A stretch of DNA of 46,809 nucleotides, taken from positions 1 through 46,809 of the forward strand of contig DAOVJK010000001.1 of assembly GCA_030673265.1 (NCBI GenBank), written 5' to 3'. The notes under the pieces are model-generated. The model was given only the letters and a program-made list of their open reading frames with translations, searched no databases and was not told the DNA's origin. Shown here one piece after another: positions 19,392 to 28,498 of this stretch; position 1 is the stretch's first letter; every line of letters begins with the position of its first letter. Source of the DNA: Pseudomonadota bacterium. GTDB lineage: Bacteria; Desulfobacterota; Desulfobulbia; Desulfobulbales; JAGXFP01. A program made the position numbers and the translations under genes.

Positions 19392-21608
19392 ATGGATAAT
19401 ATCTTTCAACTTGATGAATCGGCCCGGCAGCTTTTTAGCGAGTTTGACGGTATAGACAGCTCTGATCGAGCCAGTGAAGACATCTCGACCGGGATATTAA
19501 AGTCTCTTGATCAAGAAGAAAAGGCCCTTGATTATTATCGTCTGTTGCTGGCCCAGGCAACTTGTCTTTTTGCCGAAGTACTCGTCAACAGCAGTTTTGT
19601 CGCTCTCAAGGAAGAGAATGACGAAAAGATCAGACTGTTTGTTAGTTTCCTGAAGAGAATCTCTAAAGCTCCTAAATTTGACGGCAAGATATTCTGTCGC
19701 CTTCGCGGACAGCAGTGTCCATCTAATAAAGGTGGTTCGGAGACATATGATTATGAGCTGTCATTTGGAAATTTTCTTTTAGATTTTCAAGTTGCGCAGG
19801 TAATTGAGGAAAGGGAAGGCAAAAAAGGTAAGGCCATTTACGTAAAGCTGATGGAGGCATTTAAGGCCATGAGCGTTATGGACATCTTCAATTTCTCCAT
19901 AGATTTGGGAGCTGGTACGGAAGAAGAGTACTTAAAGGTAGAAAACACCTTCCGACATCTGGCTCATTTTTATGCAATGAAGGATGGTGATGACCGTGTC
20001 GTAGTCCAAGACGAATATGACCAGCCTAGCATTAACTTAACGCTCCTTTCAACCACCAATAATGTAAATACCACTGCACTCCAGAATCTGGTTAAGAAAA
20101 TCAAGCCCATGATCCTGGATCCAAATGCTGGTAATAAATTAAACCGTTTTGCTACAGTTTACGACGTAATCCTGGCTTCTAAAAATTATCGCGAACAGCT
20201 CAAAAAAATGCCGATCGAGGTTAATAATGTTCAGTGGCTAACCCAAAAACTGCAAACTAATCCTGAACAGGCTGCAAAAGCTGTCCAGGTATCTCGTTTA
20301 GTTTTGGCCAAATATGGCAGCAATCCCAAAATGGCATCTGAGGTGATGTCAAGTATTAATAGTGAAGGATACAGCGATATTCGCACTGATGTTATGGGCA
20401 AACGCCTGTCTCTGGCAACAAATTTCATCAACCTTACCGAGGAAAGTACCGATAAAGTAGTCCTGCAGAATGATGCCCTTGAAAACATAGAGCACGGTCT
20501 GGAGCAATTGTCAGACGAAATATTTGACAATATTTCCATTGAGAACGACGAAGTCAGCAGTGTTGATGAAGAGGGCCAAAAAACCAAATGGTCTATTCAT
20601 GAAAAGATCCTTGGCTTGCTAAGTTTTTTCAAGCAAAGGTCCACTACCAAGAAAAAGATCAAGGACATCACAAACAAAGATGTCAAATTTGATGCTGAAG
20701 ATTATTCTGTTATTGCCAAAAATTTCAAAATCACAGAACTGGAAGCCTCTCATCTCATAGATTTATTGCGAGCATGCTTTGATGATAATGGTCGTTTCCG
20801 GCGGATCTTTTTTGAAAAAAACATCTCAGAATTTGTTCAATATGAGAGCAAAGTTTTTGAATTTCTATGGCATTATCTAAAAGAGCTGGCAACGAGACAG
20901 GATCGGGTCTCATTTCTTAACGCCTTGCAACTCCTTGTTGCCAAACTAAAAAGACCACAGGATGCGCTTAAGATCCTTACCACTGACATCTTTAATCGTT
21001 CGTCGGCTATAAACTTTTCCGATAGAAATGGTCTTATCCTGGCCACAATTCTTCTCCGTTATAAAAACAAGGAGGAACGCAGTAACGTTGAGCAGACTCC
21101 AGAGGAAGTTCTCCTCGTTCGTAAAGGGCTTAATGAGGAGATGGTTAAGGTAGTTGTGGATTTCTTAGAGAAAAACCAGGAATATGTTATTCAAAAAGTC
21201 AGGAATATCACGAGGCTTCTGTTTGCATCATCCACCCAAGAAACTGATAAAGATGGGGAGATGCAACCACGTTTTCTGTTATATTTGCTGCGTGAATTGA
21301 CTGTTTTTCTCGCCTTGATCGGCAGTGATTCAAGTCGAGCGATCATCTATGGTCTGGTTAAGGAATTTGGCAACCCAGATTCATCGTACTATCAGAATAT
21401 GAAAGACAAAGAAAATCTGCGCTACTCATTACTGCTTTTACAAGTCGCAACCCGGGCCATAAAGAGATTTAATGACCCGCAATCTGATGCCATATTGGAT
21501 GAAATCGCTCAAAATGCTGGCTCGTTTGTTAACTTATTTGACGACCCAACCCATCTTCAGAACGTAGAAAGAGTGATGTCGAGAATTAACAATAAATATG
21601 GGGCTTAG
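19392..21608 (+). CDS. large hypothetical protein (738 aa), no recognisable domain
   Basis: Long uninterrupted ORF that is hydrophilic and Lys/Glu/Leu-rich. I could find no signal peptide, P-loop or catalytic motif. It looks more AT-rich than its flanks by eye (not computed). Confidence 0.7.
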   Translation: MDNIFQLDESARQLFSEFDGIDSSDRASEDISTGILKSLDQEEKALDYYRLLLAQATCLFAEVLVNSSFVALKEENDEKIRLFVSFLKRISKAPKFDGKIFCRLRGQQCPSNKGGSETYDYELSFGNFLLDFQVAQVIEEREGKKGKAIYVKLMEAFKAMSVMDIFNFSIDLGAGTEEEYLKVENTFRHLAHFYAMKDGDDRVVVQDEYDQPSINLTLLSTTNNVNTTALQNLVKKIKPMILDPNAGNKLNRFATVYDVILASKNYREQLKKMPIEVNNVQWLTQKLQTNPEQAAKAVQVSRLVLAKYGSNPKMASEVMSSINSEGYSDIRTDVMGKRLSLATNFINLTEESTDKVVLQNDALENIEHGLEQLSDEIFDNISIENDEVSSVDEEGQKTKWSIHEKILGLLSFFKQRSTTKKKIKDITNKDVKFDAEDYSVIAKNFKITELEASHLIDLLRACFDDNGRFRRIFFEKNISEFVQYESKVFEFLWHYLKELATRQDRVSFLNALQLLVAKLKRPQDALKILTTDIFNRSSAINFSDRNGLILATILLRYKNKEERSNVEQTPEEVLLVRKGLNEEMVKVVVDFLEKNQEYVIQKVRNITRLLFASSTQETDKDGEMQPRFLLYLLRELTVFLALIGSDSSRAIIYGLVKEFGNPDSSYYQNMKDKENLRYSLLLLQVATRAIKRFNDPQSDAILDEIAQNAGSFVNLFDDPTHLQNVERVMSRINNKYGA

Positions 21609-21696
21609 GGAGCAAAAAGCATAAAAACGTGCAACACCTAATCCCATTTAAAAGTAGTTAGCAAAAGTGTAGTTAAATTTCAGAGAAATTCTTTGT

Positions 21697-22219
21697 TTTT
21701 TTGCCACGGATTTTACTGCCGCTGACACTGCCCAGTTGATCTCAACAAATTACTCAAGCGCATTGTTCAGAAATGTGGAAACCAAGCTCTCTTTAAAGGC
21801 GGGGAGTAGAACTTGATGAATCCTACTTGGGCACACGGCAAAAGAGGTTGCTGCTGAAATCGTCCCTAATGGATCAAAAGCCCCTCTGGTCAAAGTGATC
21901 AGAGATCATGTCTCTGCCGAAAGTGTTATTTACACTGACGGTTGGCCTGACTACAACGGCTTAGTTGATGGCGGTTATTCGACACACCTTAGGGGGGGGG
22001 CATCATGATAGCAATGAATTTTCTACTGGCAACCGACATATTAATGGCATAGAACCATTTTGAAGCTATGCCATTAATATGTCGGTTCTCGAAATTTAAT
22101 GGAGTCTCGAGAAGAATTTTTTTCTGCACTAAAAAGCGACCGAATTTCGTTTCAATCACCGCTCAAAAAAATTTCATAAAATCTTGTTAACAATGCTTAG
22201 AAAACAATCACTTCCTTAA
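21697..22219 (+). mobile_element. decayed IS1595-family (ISXO2-like) transposase remnant (pseudogene)
   Basis: Fragments in three frames match the conserved ISXO2-like order: CFFATDFTAADTAQL; VELDESYLG; AAEIVPNGSKAPLVKVIRDHVSAESVIYTDGWPDYNGLVDGGYSTHLR; HHDSNEFSTGNRHINGIEPF(TGA)SYA; FSKFNGV; EFRFNHR...LRKQSLP-stop. There are frameshifts (one in a G9 tract near 21992-22000), an internal deletion and a TGG-to-TGA change. The N-terminal zinc-ribbon part is missing. Confidence 0.75.
22031..22087. repeat. perfect 22-bp inverted repeat with a 13-nt spacer inside the IS remnant
   Basis: aaccgacatattaatggcatag (22031-22052) and ctatgccattaatatgtcggtt (22066-22087) are exact reverse complements. Confidence 0.9.
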
Positions 22220-22275
22220 TTTTGCTTCCTAAGCCGCAAATGTATACTCAATTAGAAATTTAGCCCGCTATTGCT

Positions 22276-23118
22276 CTAAAAATGAATATGCTTAACCATA
22301 CTAATTATAATTGAAACTACCAACATTGAGCCGGTAACAACTACAAAGATGCCAAATACCGTTGACAACCTTTTCAGCCAGGCTTCAGGAGCGCGGCATT
22401 GCGTCAACTTGTCGAGATCGCCTGAGGCCATCAGTTGATCATACTCTCTAGGCCGTTCATGCTTCAGCTCATCAACGGTAATCGATCCAACAAAAATCAC
22501 CGGGTCTAAAGGAAATTTGTCTGGACGCAAATGGGTGTTATAGAAATGAATAGTGAAAATAAAGCCTGACGCAAGCAACGCTTCATCACTGTGAATAATC
22601 GTGGCAATGTTTAACCCCCATCCCGGTAGGAACTTCGAAAAAATCTCGGGAAACCATAGGGCCAGACCAGAGGAACCGATTACTGCAATACCCCAGAATA
22701 CCGCCATGAAATCGAACTTCTCCCAGTAGGTCCAATGCCCGTAATATGGGCGTGGTCCGCCAAAAAACCATTTAAACGTGGCAATCATCTCCTTTAAATC
22801 ATTTAAATTCGGCACGAGCCCTTCAGCATCGAAGATAAAGCCGAGTAATGATTTTCCCGATTCCTTCCATTTTGTATACAGTAATATCATGGTCAGGAAA
22901 AAATAGAAGAATGTAACAATGGCAAAGAAACGGTGTAAAGCCCCAAGGACCGTGAAACCGCCGGTCATGAAAGCAATCCATTGCGCCCAGTCTTCCATGG
23001 CAAATTTGAGAGCCATTCCGGTTACCGCCAAGGTAAGAAAACTAACGATAACTAAAAGATGGGTCAAGCGTTGAAAAACTGAAAATCTTTCTATATAGAG
23101 TGGTTCGCATTTATGCAT
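22276..23118 (-). CDS. membrane b-type cytochrome (FdnI/HydC-like, Ni_hydr_CYTB-type)
   Basis: Polytopic ORF with the typical start of this family (RFSVFQRLTHLLVIVSF) and conserved His in separate helices (LHRFFAIV, IIHSDEAL, HFYNTH). I prefer the ATG at 23118 (MHKCEP) because AAGGAAGGA lies 9 nt upstream. Confidence 0.75.
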   Translation of the reverse strand: MHKCEPLYIERFSVFQRLTHLLVIVSFLTLAVTGMALKFAMEDWAQWIAFMTGGFTVLGALHRFFAIVTFFYFFLTMILLYTKWKESGKSLLGFIFDAEGLVPNLNDLKEMIATFKWFFGGPRPYYGHWTYWEKFDFMAVFWGIAVIGSSGLALWFPEIFSKFLPGWGLNIATIIHSDEALLASGFIFTIHFYNTHLRPDKFPLDPVIFVGSITVDELKHERPREYDQLMASGDLDKLTQCRAPEAWLKRLSTVFGIFVVVTGSMLVVSIIISMVKHIHF

Positions 23119-23181
23119 TTTGGTCGATCCTTCCTTATGGGTTCTTAATCTGATCAATCCGAAATTTAATTAGTCCTTGTC

Positions 23182-24423
23182 TTATTTCTTGGCCGTAATT
23201 TCTTTAAATTTTTCAATTAGTGCTCGAGGTACCCATAGAATGGTGTGCAAGCCAAAGAAAGCAAAGGTGCCGACCAGCAGTCCGGTCATAGCCCAGAAAG
23301 TATAGAAAAGATATGGATATTTTTCGCGGTCGTTATGGGTCGCATGGGTAAGATAAGTGGTAAAGCTTTGATTGGCATTTGGGTGACACTTGGCACAGGT
23401 CTCAACAATATTTACTGCATTAATCATAGATTTTTCACTTTTTATCGGCATGATATTATGTGAGCCGTGGCAGTCAGAACATTTGGCCGTTTTCTCTCCG
23501 CCCCAGAGCATGGAAGCCCGGCCATGATAAGTCTCTAAATAGGTCTCCGACTCATGTGCATGGCAGTTACCGCATTGATCGGCAATGATCAGGCGGAAAT
23601 CCTTGCGGTCCACCTGGGCTATGGTATGTGAATTATGGCAATCTATACAGATGGGCCGCTTCTTGTCGGTAGTGGAATCGGGATTACCGTGCACCGATAG
23701 TTTGAACTGATCCACAATCCCGACATGACACTGGTTGCATGTATCAACAATATTATCCCGGTTTACTGTCGAGTCCGGGTTACTGGCCTTCTGGACGTTA
23801 TGGGCCGTATGGCAGCTGGTACAAACGGCAGTGACAATCAAGCCATCTACAAAAAGTCCCTTCCCGTGGATGGACATTGAATAATTTTCAATAATATTAT
23901 GCTGGTTCAGATCATGGCTCTTTGTCATTTCCGTGCCTTCACGATGACAGCGACCACAGGTGAAGGGGATGTTCAAAGGGTAGGTCGAGGCCTCTTTATT
24001 GGTCGGCGGCAGGATGTTATGCTTGGTGTGGCAGTCTTTACACCTTGGGGCCATTTTGTCATTATGATCTGAAATAGAAAGTCCGTGCGCACTGTTTTGG
24101 TATATTTCACCAATTTCGTCATGACAATTTTCACAGTTGACGGGGGACATGGGGAAAGGATGTTCATCGCCTGCCACATCGGCCTCTTCATGACAAGAGA
24201 CGCAACCATTGTCCGCATGGATGGTCCCTTTAAAAATTTCAATGTCCATAAAAAGGCTGACTGTTTCACCATTCTTTTCGGTGGTCAAATCTTCATCGCT
24301 GTGGCACTCAATACATTCATCGTTGGTCAGAGCCAATGAATTGCCTGGCAGAAGAAAAGAGACTGCGAATAATGCAAAAAAGAACAGTACGATTCTTGAA
24401 AGATATTTCGTGATATTGTCCAT
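23182..24423 (-). CDS. membrane-anchored multihaem c-type cytochrome (11 CxxCH motifs)
   Basis: CxxCH motifs counted by eye: CIECH, CVSCH, CENCH, CKDCH, CGRCH, CTSCH, CNQCH, CIDCH, CGNCH, CSDCH, CAKCH. There is an N-terminal signal/anchor and a C-terminal hydrophobic helix (FWAMTGLLVGTFAFFGL). I prefer the ATG at 24423 (MDNITKY) with an AAGAGGGG RBS. Confidence 0.9.
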   Translation of the reverse strand: MDNITKYLSRIVLFFFALFAVSFLLPGNSLALTNDECIECHSDEDLTTEKNGETVSLFMDIEIFKGTIHADNGCVSCHEEADVAGDEHPFPMSPVNCENCHDEIGEIYQNSAHGLSISDHNDKMAPRCKDCHTKHNILPPTNKEASTYPLNIPFTCGRCHREGTEMTKSHDLNQHNIIENYSMSIHGKGLFVDGLIVTAVCTSCHTAHNVQKASNPDSTVNRDNIVDTCNQCHVGIVDQFKLSVHGNPDSTTDKKRPICIDCHNSHTIAQVDRKDFRLIIADQCGNCHAHESETYLETYHGRASMLWGGEKTAKCSDCHGSHNIMPIKSEKSMINAVNIVETCAKCHPNANQSFTTYLTHATHNDREKYPYLFYTFWAMTGLLVGTFAFFGLHTILWVPRALIEKFKEITAKK

Positions 24424-24560
24424 AAACCCCTCTTGTTTTCGATAAAACATGAATTCTGGATAACGGTTCGGAAAAGTCTTATATCTCTTGATATAATAAA
24501 TGAATGCCCATTCAGTGAAGTACTTTTGCTAAATAATCAATAAATTGTCAATTAAAAAAA

Positions 24561-24591
24561 GCGGGTAGTTAAATTATCTACCCACTTTTTT
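24561..24591 (-). terminator. probable terminator of the 7-gene minus-strand operon
   Basis: 8-bp stem with one mismatch (gcgggtag / ctacccac). On the minus strand a run of seven T follows (the complement of aaaaaaa at 24554-24560). It lies about 60 nt beyond the stop at 24651. Confidence 0.45.
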
Positions 24592-24650
24592 AAAAACCTA
24601 AGCATAAAATGTATGATTAAAAAACAAGGGTCATAAAAATCAAAAAAGGC

Positions 24651-25688
24651 TCAGTTTTCGCCGCCAGTGATCATATAGAGGAGATAATGATACGAGGAAA
24701 GGACGGCAAGGATGGTCAACAGGATTAGAGACATATCGACCGCTATCTTACGGTAGTGTCTGACCGGAGTAACCAGATCAGAACGGCGGCCCAAAACTTC
24801 AGTCAGCGCCGTTGAAATCCCGAAAAAAGTCCCGCAGATCAAAGTACAATAGATCGCCAGCCCGATGTAACTGTATTCCGGCTTAATAATACAGAAAGGG
24901 CAGCGATGAAAAGGCATGGCATAGATATATGATGAGATAACCGAGGTGATCACCGCCAGGGCCAAGCCAAAAAACCATAACCAGCCCGTCGCATAAAGAA
25001 AAGAGAGGCTGCTCTGCACCCTTTTCCCCGACAATTTCAATCTCGGTATCCGGTTATTCATCAGCAGGGCAAGACCGAGCAGAACCGCGATGGTTCCGTA
25101 ATAGAGCCAAAGCATGATGGTTTGGGGCAGGCTGCCCAACAGATTGCCCCCCTCCCCCGCCGCATCACTGAACACCACAGCACAGCAAGAGGTTATTATG
25201 TCAGGATCAAGATTGGCGATATAAAGGGTCTGGAAAATAATATCAGCCAGGATGAAGGGGATCAGGAGCAACAGGTAGAGATATTTAATTCTGACCAGAG
25301 GGTAGACCTCGGAGCGGATATCTATTTGATGTAGGAGTATCCAGAAACCGTAGAGGAAAAAACCAGCCAGTTTGAGATAGAGGGTCGGCAAACCGAATTC
25401 ATTGGCCAACAGGGAACCGGTAGCGCACATCGCCCCGGCTATCACCTGACTGTAGCTGTCTGCCGCCAGGATAAAAAGCAGGAGGCTTAATCCTTGGACT
25501 GCCAAGGCAAATTCGATCAGGGTCGAAGCCAGCCAGGTCTCGTTTTCGAGACTGATCTGGAGATTGCTGTCGCTGGCCTGGTTCCAGTAGCGAAGAACCC
25601 GCACCCCGGTCCGGGCCGCGTTGGCTATCAGAAAGAGGACGACAATACTGCACAGAACCAGGCTGAGACTCCAGGCGCTAAGAAACAT
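24651..25688 (-). CDS. polytopic membrane protein with conserved-looking Cys pairs, function unknown
   Basis: 345-aa ORF with roughly 8-10 hydrophobic helices and the motifs ITSCCAVVF and FHRCPFCIIKPEY. It overlaps the upstream ABC ATPase gene by 11 nt. Confidence 0.65.
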   Translation of the reverse strand: MFLSAWSLSLVLCSIVVLFLIANAARTGVRVLRYWNQASDSNLQISLENETWLASTLIEFALAVQGLSLLLFILAADSYSQVIAGAMCATGSLLANEFGLPTLYLKLAGFFLYGFWILLHQIDIRSEVYPLVRIKYLYLLLLIPFILADIIFQTLYIANLDPDIITSCCAVVFSDAAGEGGNLLGSLPQTIMLWLYYGTIAVLLGLALLMNNRIPRLKLSGKRVQSSLSFLYATGWLWFFGLALAVITSVISSYIYAMPFHRCPFCIIKPEYSYIGLAIYCTLICGTFFGISTALTEVLGRRSDLVTPVRHYRKIAVDMSLILLTILAVLSSYHYLLYMITGGEN

Positions 25689-26355
25689 CTACCCTGCCAT
25701 CCGTGACGTCTATTATTCGGTCTATTTCGGGCTTTTCGGTGACCAGCGGATCGTGGGAGGCAATAATAATGGTCTTGCCGGTTTTTTTCAGATCGACCAT
25801 TATCTGCAAAAACTCCTTACTGAGCTTTGTGTCTAGATGGGCGGTGGGTTCATCTGCGAGGATGATGGGCTGATCGTTGATCAGGGCGCGGGCAATCGCC
25901 ACCCTCTGCAATTCGCCGCCTGAGATCTGCCCGGCTGGGAAGTTTTGCCGATGACTGATACCGAGCCGCTCGATTAAAACCTTGGCCCGCATGCGTCTTT
26001 CTTCGGGTGAAACCCCGAGAGGTAAAAGCGGTAAAGAGATATTCTCCTGCACGGTCAGGTCGGGCAGGATATTGAATTGCTGGAAGATAAAGCCGATGGT
26101 CTGGCGGCGATGGATAGTCATGAACCGGTCCGGTAGGCGGGACAGCTGTTTGCCGGCCACGGTGGCCCGGCCACTGGTCGGCGGCAATATGCAACCAATT
26201 ATCGATAACAGGGTTGACTTACCGGAACCACTGGCCCCGCGCAGACAGACCATACTGTTCGCCTCTATAACCAGATCGACATCATAAAGGGCCTGAACCT
26301 CGTTGGGCTGGCCTTGATTATATATTTTATTGACGGACTCCAGTTCGATCATCAT
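25678..26355 (-). CDS. ABC transporter ATP-binding protein (MacB/LolD-like)
   Basis: Walker A GASGSGKST, signature ISGGELQRVAIARA and Walker B IILADEPT. The start is probably at MMIELESVNKIY (26355) rather than the ORF-track 26388. Confidence 0.85.
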   Translation of the reverse strand: MMIELESVNKIYNQGQPNEVQALYDVDLVIEANSMVCLRGASGSGKSTLLSIIGCILPPTSGRATVAGKQLSRLPDRFMTIHRRQTIGFIFQQFNILPDLTVQENISLPLLPLGVSPEERRMRAKVLIERLGISHRQNFPAGQISGGELQRVAIARALINDQPIILADEPTAHLDTKLSKEFLQIMVDLKKTGKTIIIASHDPLVTEKPEIDRIIDVTDGRVDVS

Positions 26356-26436
26356 AGCTTGTCTTATGGTCTCGTAAAAAGTACCCAAAGGGCTTTGTAG
26401 TATAGAGATGGCTTAGTAGCTATCTGCGAAGCCATC

Positions 26437-27621
26437 TTATTTTACCGCCGCATCTGGAGATATCGTTGAGCACCGCCAGGCCGGTATTACCGTCGCTGCC
26501 AAGTACGGCAGCACCGACAAGGTGAAAATTAACAGTACATCCCCCGCTGCGAAGACCGGCAGGATTTTTAACGATGGATGGATCACCGACCAGCCCAACA
26601 ACACCGGTCTAAACAATGACCCCTCCAGAAATAAAACATGAAAATATGCGGCCGTGCAGCCGATTAGAAAAGCCAGCCCGGCCACCGTCAAGCTTTCCCA
26701 GTAACGCAGGGTCAGAATATCGGTGGTCTGCCAGCCCAGCACCTTAAGGATCCCGATCTCCCTTTTTTCTTCAACGGATAGGCCGGATGCCTTATCCCAG
26801 GCGAGAATAGCAAAGGCGGCCAAAGCGGCCAGCAGACAGATTGAGGCAAAACCACTGCGCCAACCGAAAACGACCTTGTACGTTTTGAGGATTTGCGGCC
26901 GGGTCAGCACCCTGGTGTCCGGCAGTCTGGCGGCGATCTTTTTGGCAATGGTGCTAATTTCGTTGGGGTTGGTTACATAAACAAGGAGATCAGTTGCAAG
27001 ATTGTCTGGAATGGCGAATAAGTCACGGGCATCATCAAGACTGGTAACCAATAGATCGCCAGTCAACAGGTTGGTGCTCTCGGCAAAAATACCGGTTATC
27101 CGGAGGGTCTTCAGGGACAGATCCGGCCTAAACAACGAGAAGGTGCGGCGTCCGGCCAGGTTCATATTGGCTGCCACTTCCCGACCCAGAGCAGCCCCAC
27201 CCGGTTCTGCATCCGGGTAACTGCCATCAATAACCATCTCCAGTCGTTGGCCTTCGGGCATGGCATTTCGCTCGACACCCATGACCGTGTAATTGGCCCC
27301 GGAGGTTTCATCAAAATAATAACCCCATATCCTGGGCACGGCAGCTCTGATCCCGAAGACACCGTCTAAACGGTTGAGATAAGAAAGGGGGATAGATTCC
27401 TGGCGACCAGCGGACATTTTTTGAACGACAATCTCGGGAGTTTTTGCCAGCATGGTCTCGGCGATACTGGTAAGGCTGCTGGTCAGGATCTGAAAAGAGG
27501 CGACCAGAAAGATAACACCGGCGAACACCGTTATGATCCCCAGATTCTTCATTTTGCGCCGCCACAGGCTAGACAGAGCATAATCAAGAAGATTCAGATG
27601 TTTTTCGAAGGCTGGGCTCAT
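26437..27621 (-). CDS. ABC transporter permease, FtsX/MacB type
   Basis: The topology is one N-terminal TM, a roughly 200-aa periplasmic segment and three C-terminal TMs. I place the start at MSPAFEK (27621), 5 nt after the upstream stop. Confidence 0.8.
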   Translation of the reverse strand: MSPAFEKHLNLLDYALSSLWRRKMKNLGIITVFAGVIFLVASFQILTSSLTSIAETMLAKTPEIVVQKMSAGRQESIPLSYLNRLDGVFGIRAAVPRIWGYYFDETSGANYTVMGVERNAMPEGQRLEMVIDGSYPDAEPGGAALGREVAANMNLAGRRTFSLFRPDLSLKTLRITGIFAESTNLLTGDLLVTSLDDARDLFAIPDNLATDLLVYVTNPNEISTIAKKIAARLPDTRVLTRPQILKTYKVVFGWRSGFASICLLAALAAFAILAWDKASGLSVEEKREIGILKVLGWQTTDILTLRYWESLTVAGLAFLIGCTAAYFHVLFLEGSLFRPVLLGWSVIHPSLKILPVFAAGDVLLIFTLSVLPYLAATVIPAWRCSTISPDAAVK

Positions 27622-27626
27622 AAATA

Positions 27627-27911
27627 TTAATCCTGCGGGGGGGCCCAAAAAGAACCGGTTGGGAAATGCTCCATGGCCCCAAGATGGTCCATGAACGGGG
27701 CGATGGGATCGGAAACAGCAGGATGCCTGGTATAACGAGCCTCGGTCGCCAGACAGAGATCGGTCAAACCCAGCCCAGCGGTGACTATGTCATTTAGGTG
27801 AGCGGCTGGGCGCTGCACGGTTTCCTGTTGAAAACGGACATGGGCATATAGCGCTGTATCAAGGATAAGCAGGAAGAGTATTATTAAAACTAAGCTGTGG
27901 GTAGGACGCAT
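27627..27911 (-). CDS. small N-terminally anchored/secreted hypothetical protein (94 aa)
   Basis: N-terminal hydrophobic helix LVLIILFLLILDTALYA. It is packed 7 nt after nosL and 5 nt before the permease gene, which supports it being real. Confidence 0.5.
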   Translation of the reverse strand: MRPTHSLVLIILFLLILDTALYAHVRFQQETVQRPAAHLNDIVTAGLGLTDLCLATEARYTRHPAVSDPIAPFMDHLGAMEHFPTGSFWAPPQD

Positions 27912-27918
27912 TAGACCC

Positions 27919-28437
27919 CTATTTTTCCATGCTCTTCATACGGTTGCCAACTCGGAGCCGCTCAATAATTTCAACGGTTATCTCGTCAAAGACCAAAATC
28001 TGCTGGCCGTGGTGATCAGTCAAGAACGATTCGGCGGCGGTTTTACTTGAGAAAGGAATCAGCTCATGGCCCATAGGCCCGTGAACATCGCTGCCAACAA
28101 CAAAGAATGCCTGTCGAGCATCCAGCCATTTAAGGGAATAATAATCTTTGGCCCAGATCTCGCTTATCTTAGCCTGAGCTTGGCCGTTGTATGCGGCAGG
28201 ATTATGATAATAGGCCATCATATCTTTGACCCCATCAAAGCTGAAAACAATAGAATCGTCATAACGTATCTGGGTTATCCAGACATCGTATTTAGCCACA
28301 AACATCCCGCAGACCGGGCAGCGGGTGTCGGGCTTGACTTTGTCAAGAGGGGCGGCTGCCGCCGTTGATATTAAAAGAAATGGTGTGAAGACAAGGAGAA
28401 AGAGTGCGAAGCTCTTGTTTATCAATAAAGATTTCAC
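27919..28437 (-). CDS. nosL: NosL-family protein (copper-chaperone-like accessory protein)
   Basis: 172-aa ORF with a signal peptide, then the characteristic RCPVCGMFVAKYDVW...FDGVKDMMAYY...GSDVHGPMGHELIPF pattern of the NosL family (PF05573-type). Confidence 0.8.
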   Translation of the reverse strand: MKSLLINKSFALFLLVFTPFLLISTAAAAPLDKVKPDTRCPVCGMFVAKYDVWITQIRYDDSIVFSFDGVKDMMAYYHNPAAYNGQAQAKISEIWAKDYYSLKWLDARQAFFVVGSDVHGPMGHELIPFSSKTAAESFLTDHHGQQILVFDEITVEIIERLRVGNRMKSMEK

Positions 28438-28498
28438 TTATTATACTCCGTTATATTGATTTTATGTGCGATTCAGCACGAATAATCTTAGTCAGATA

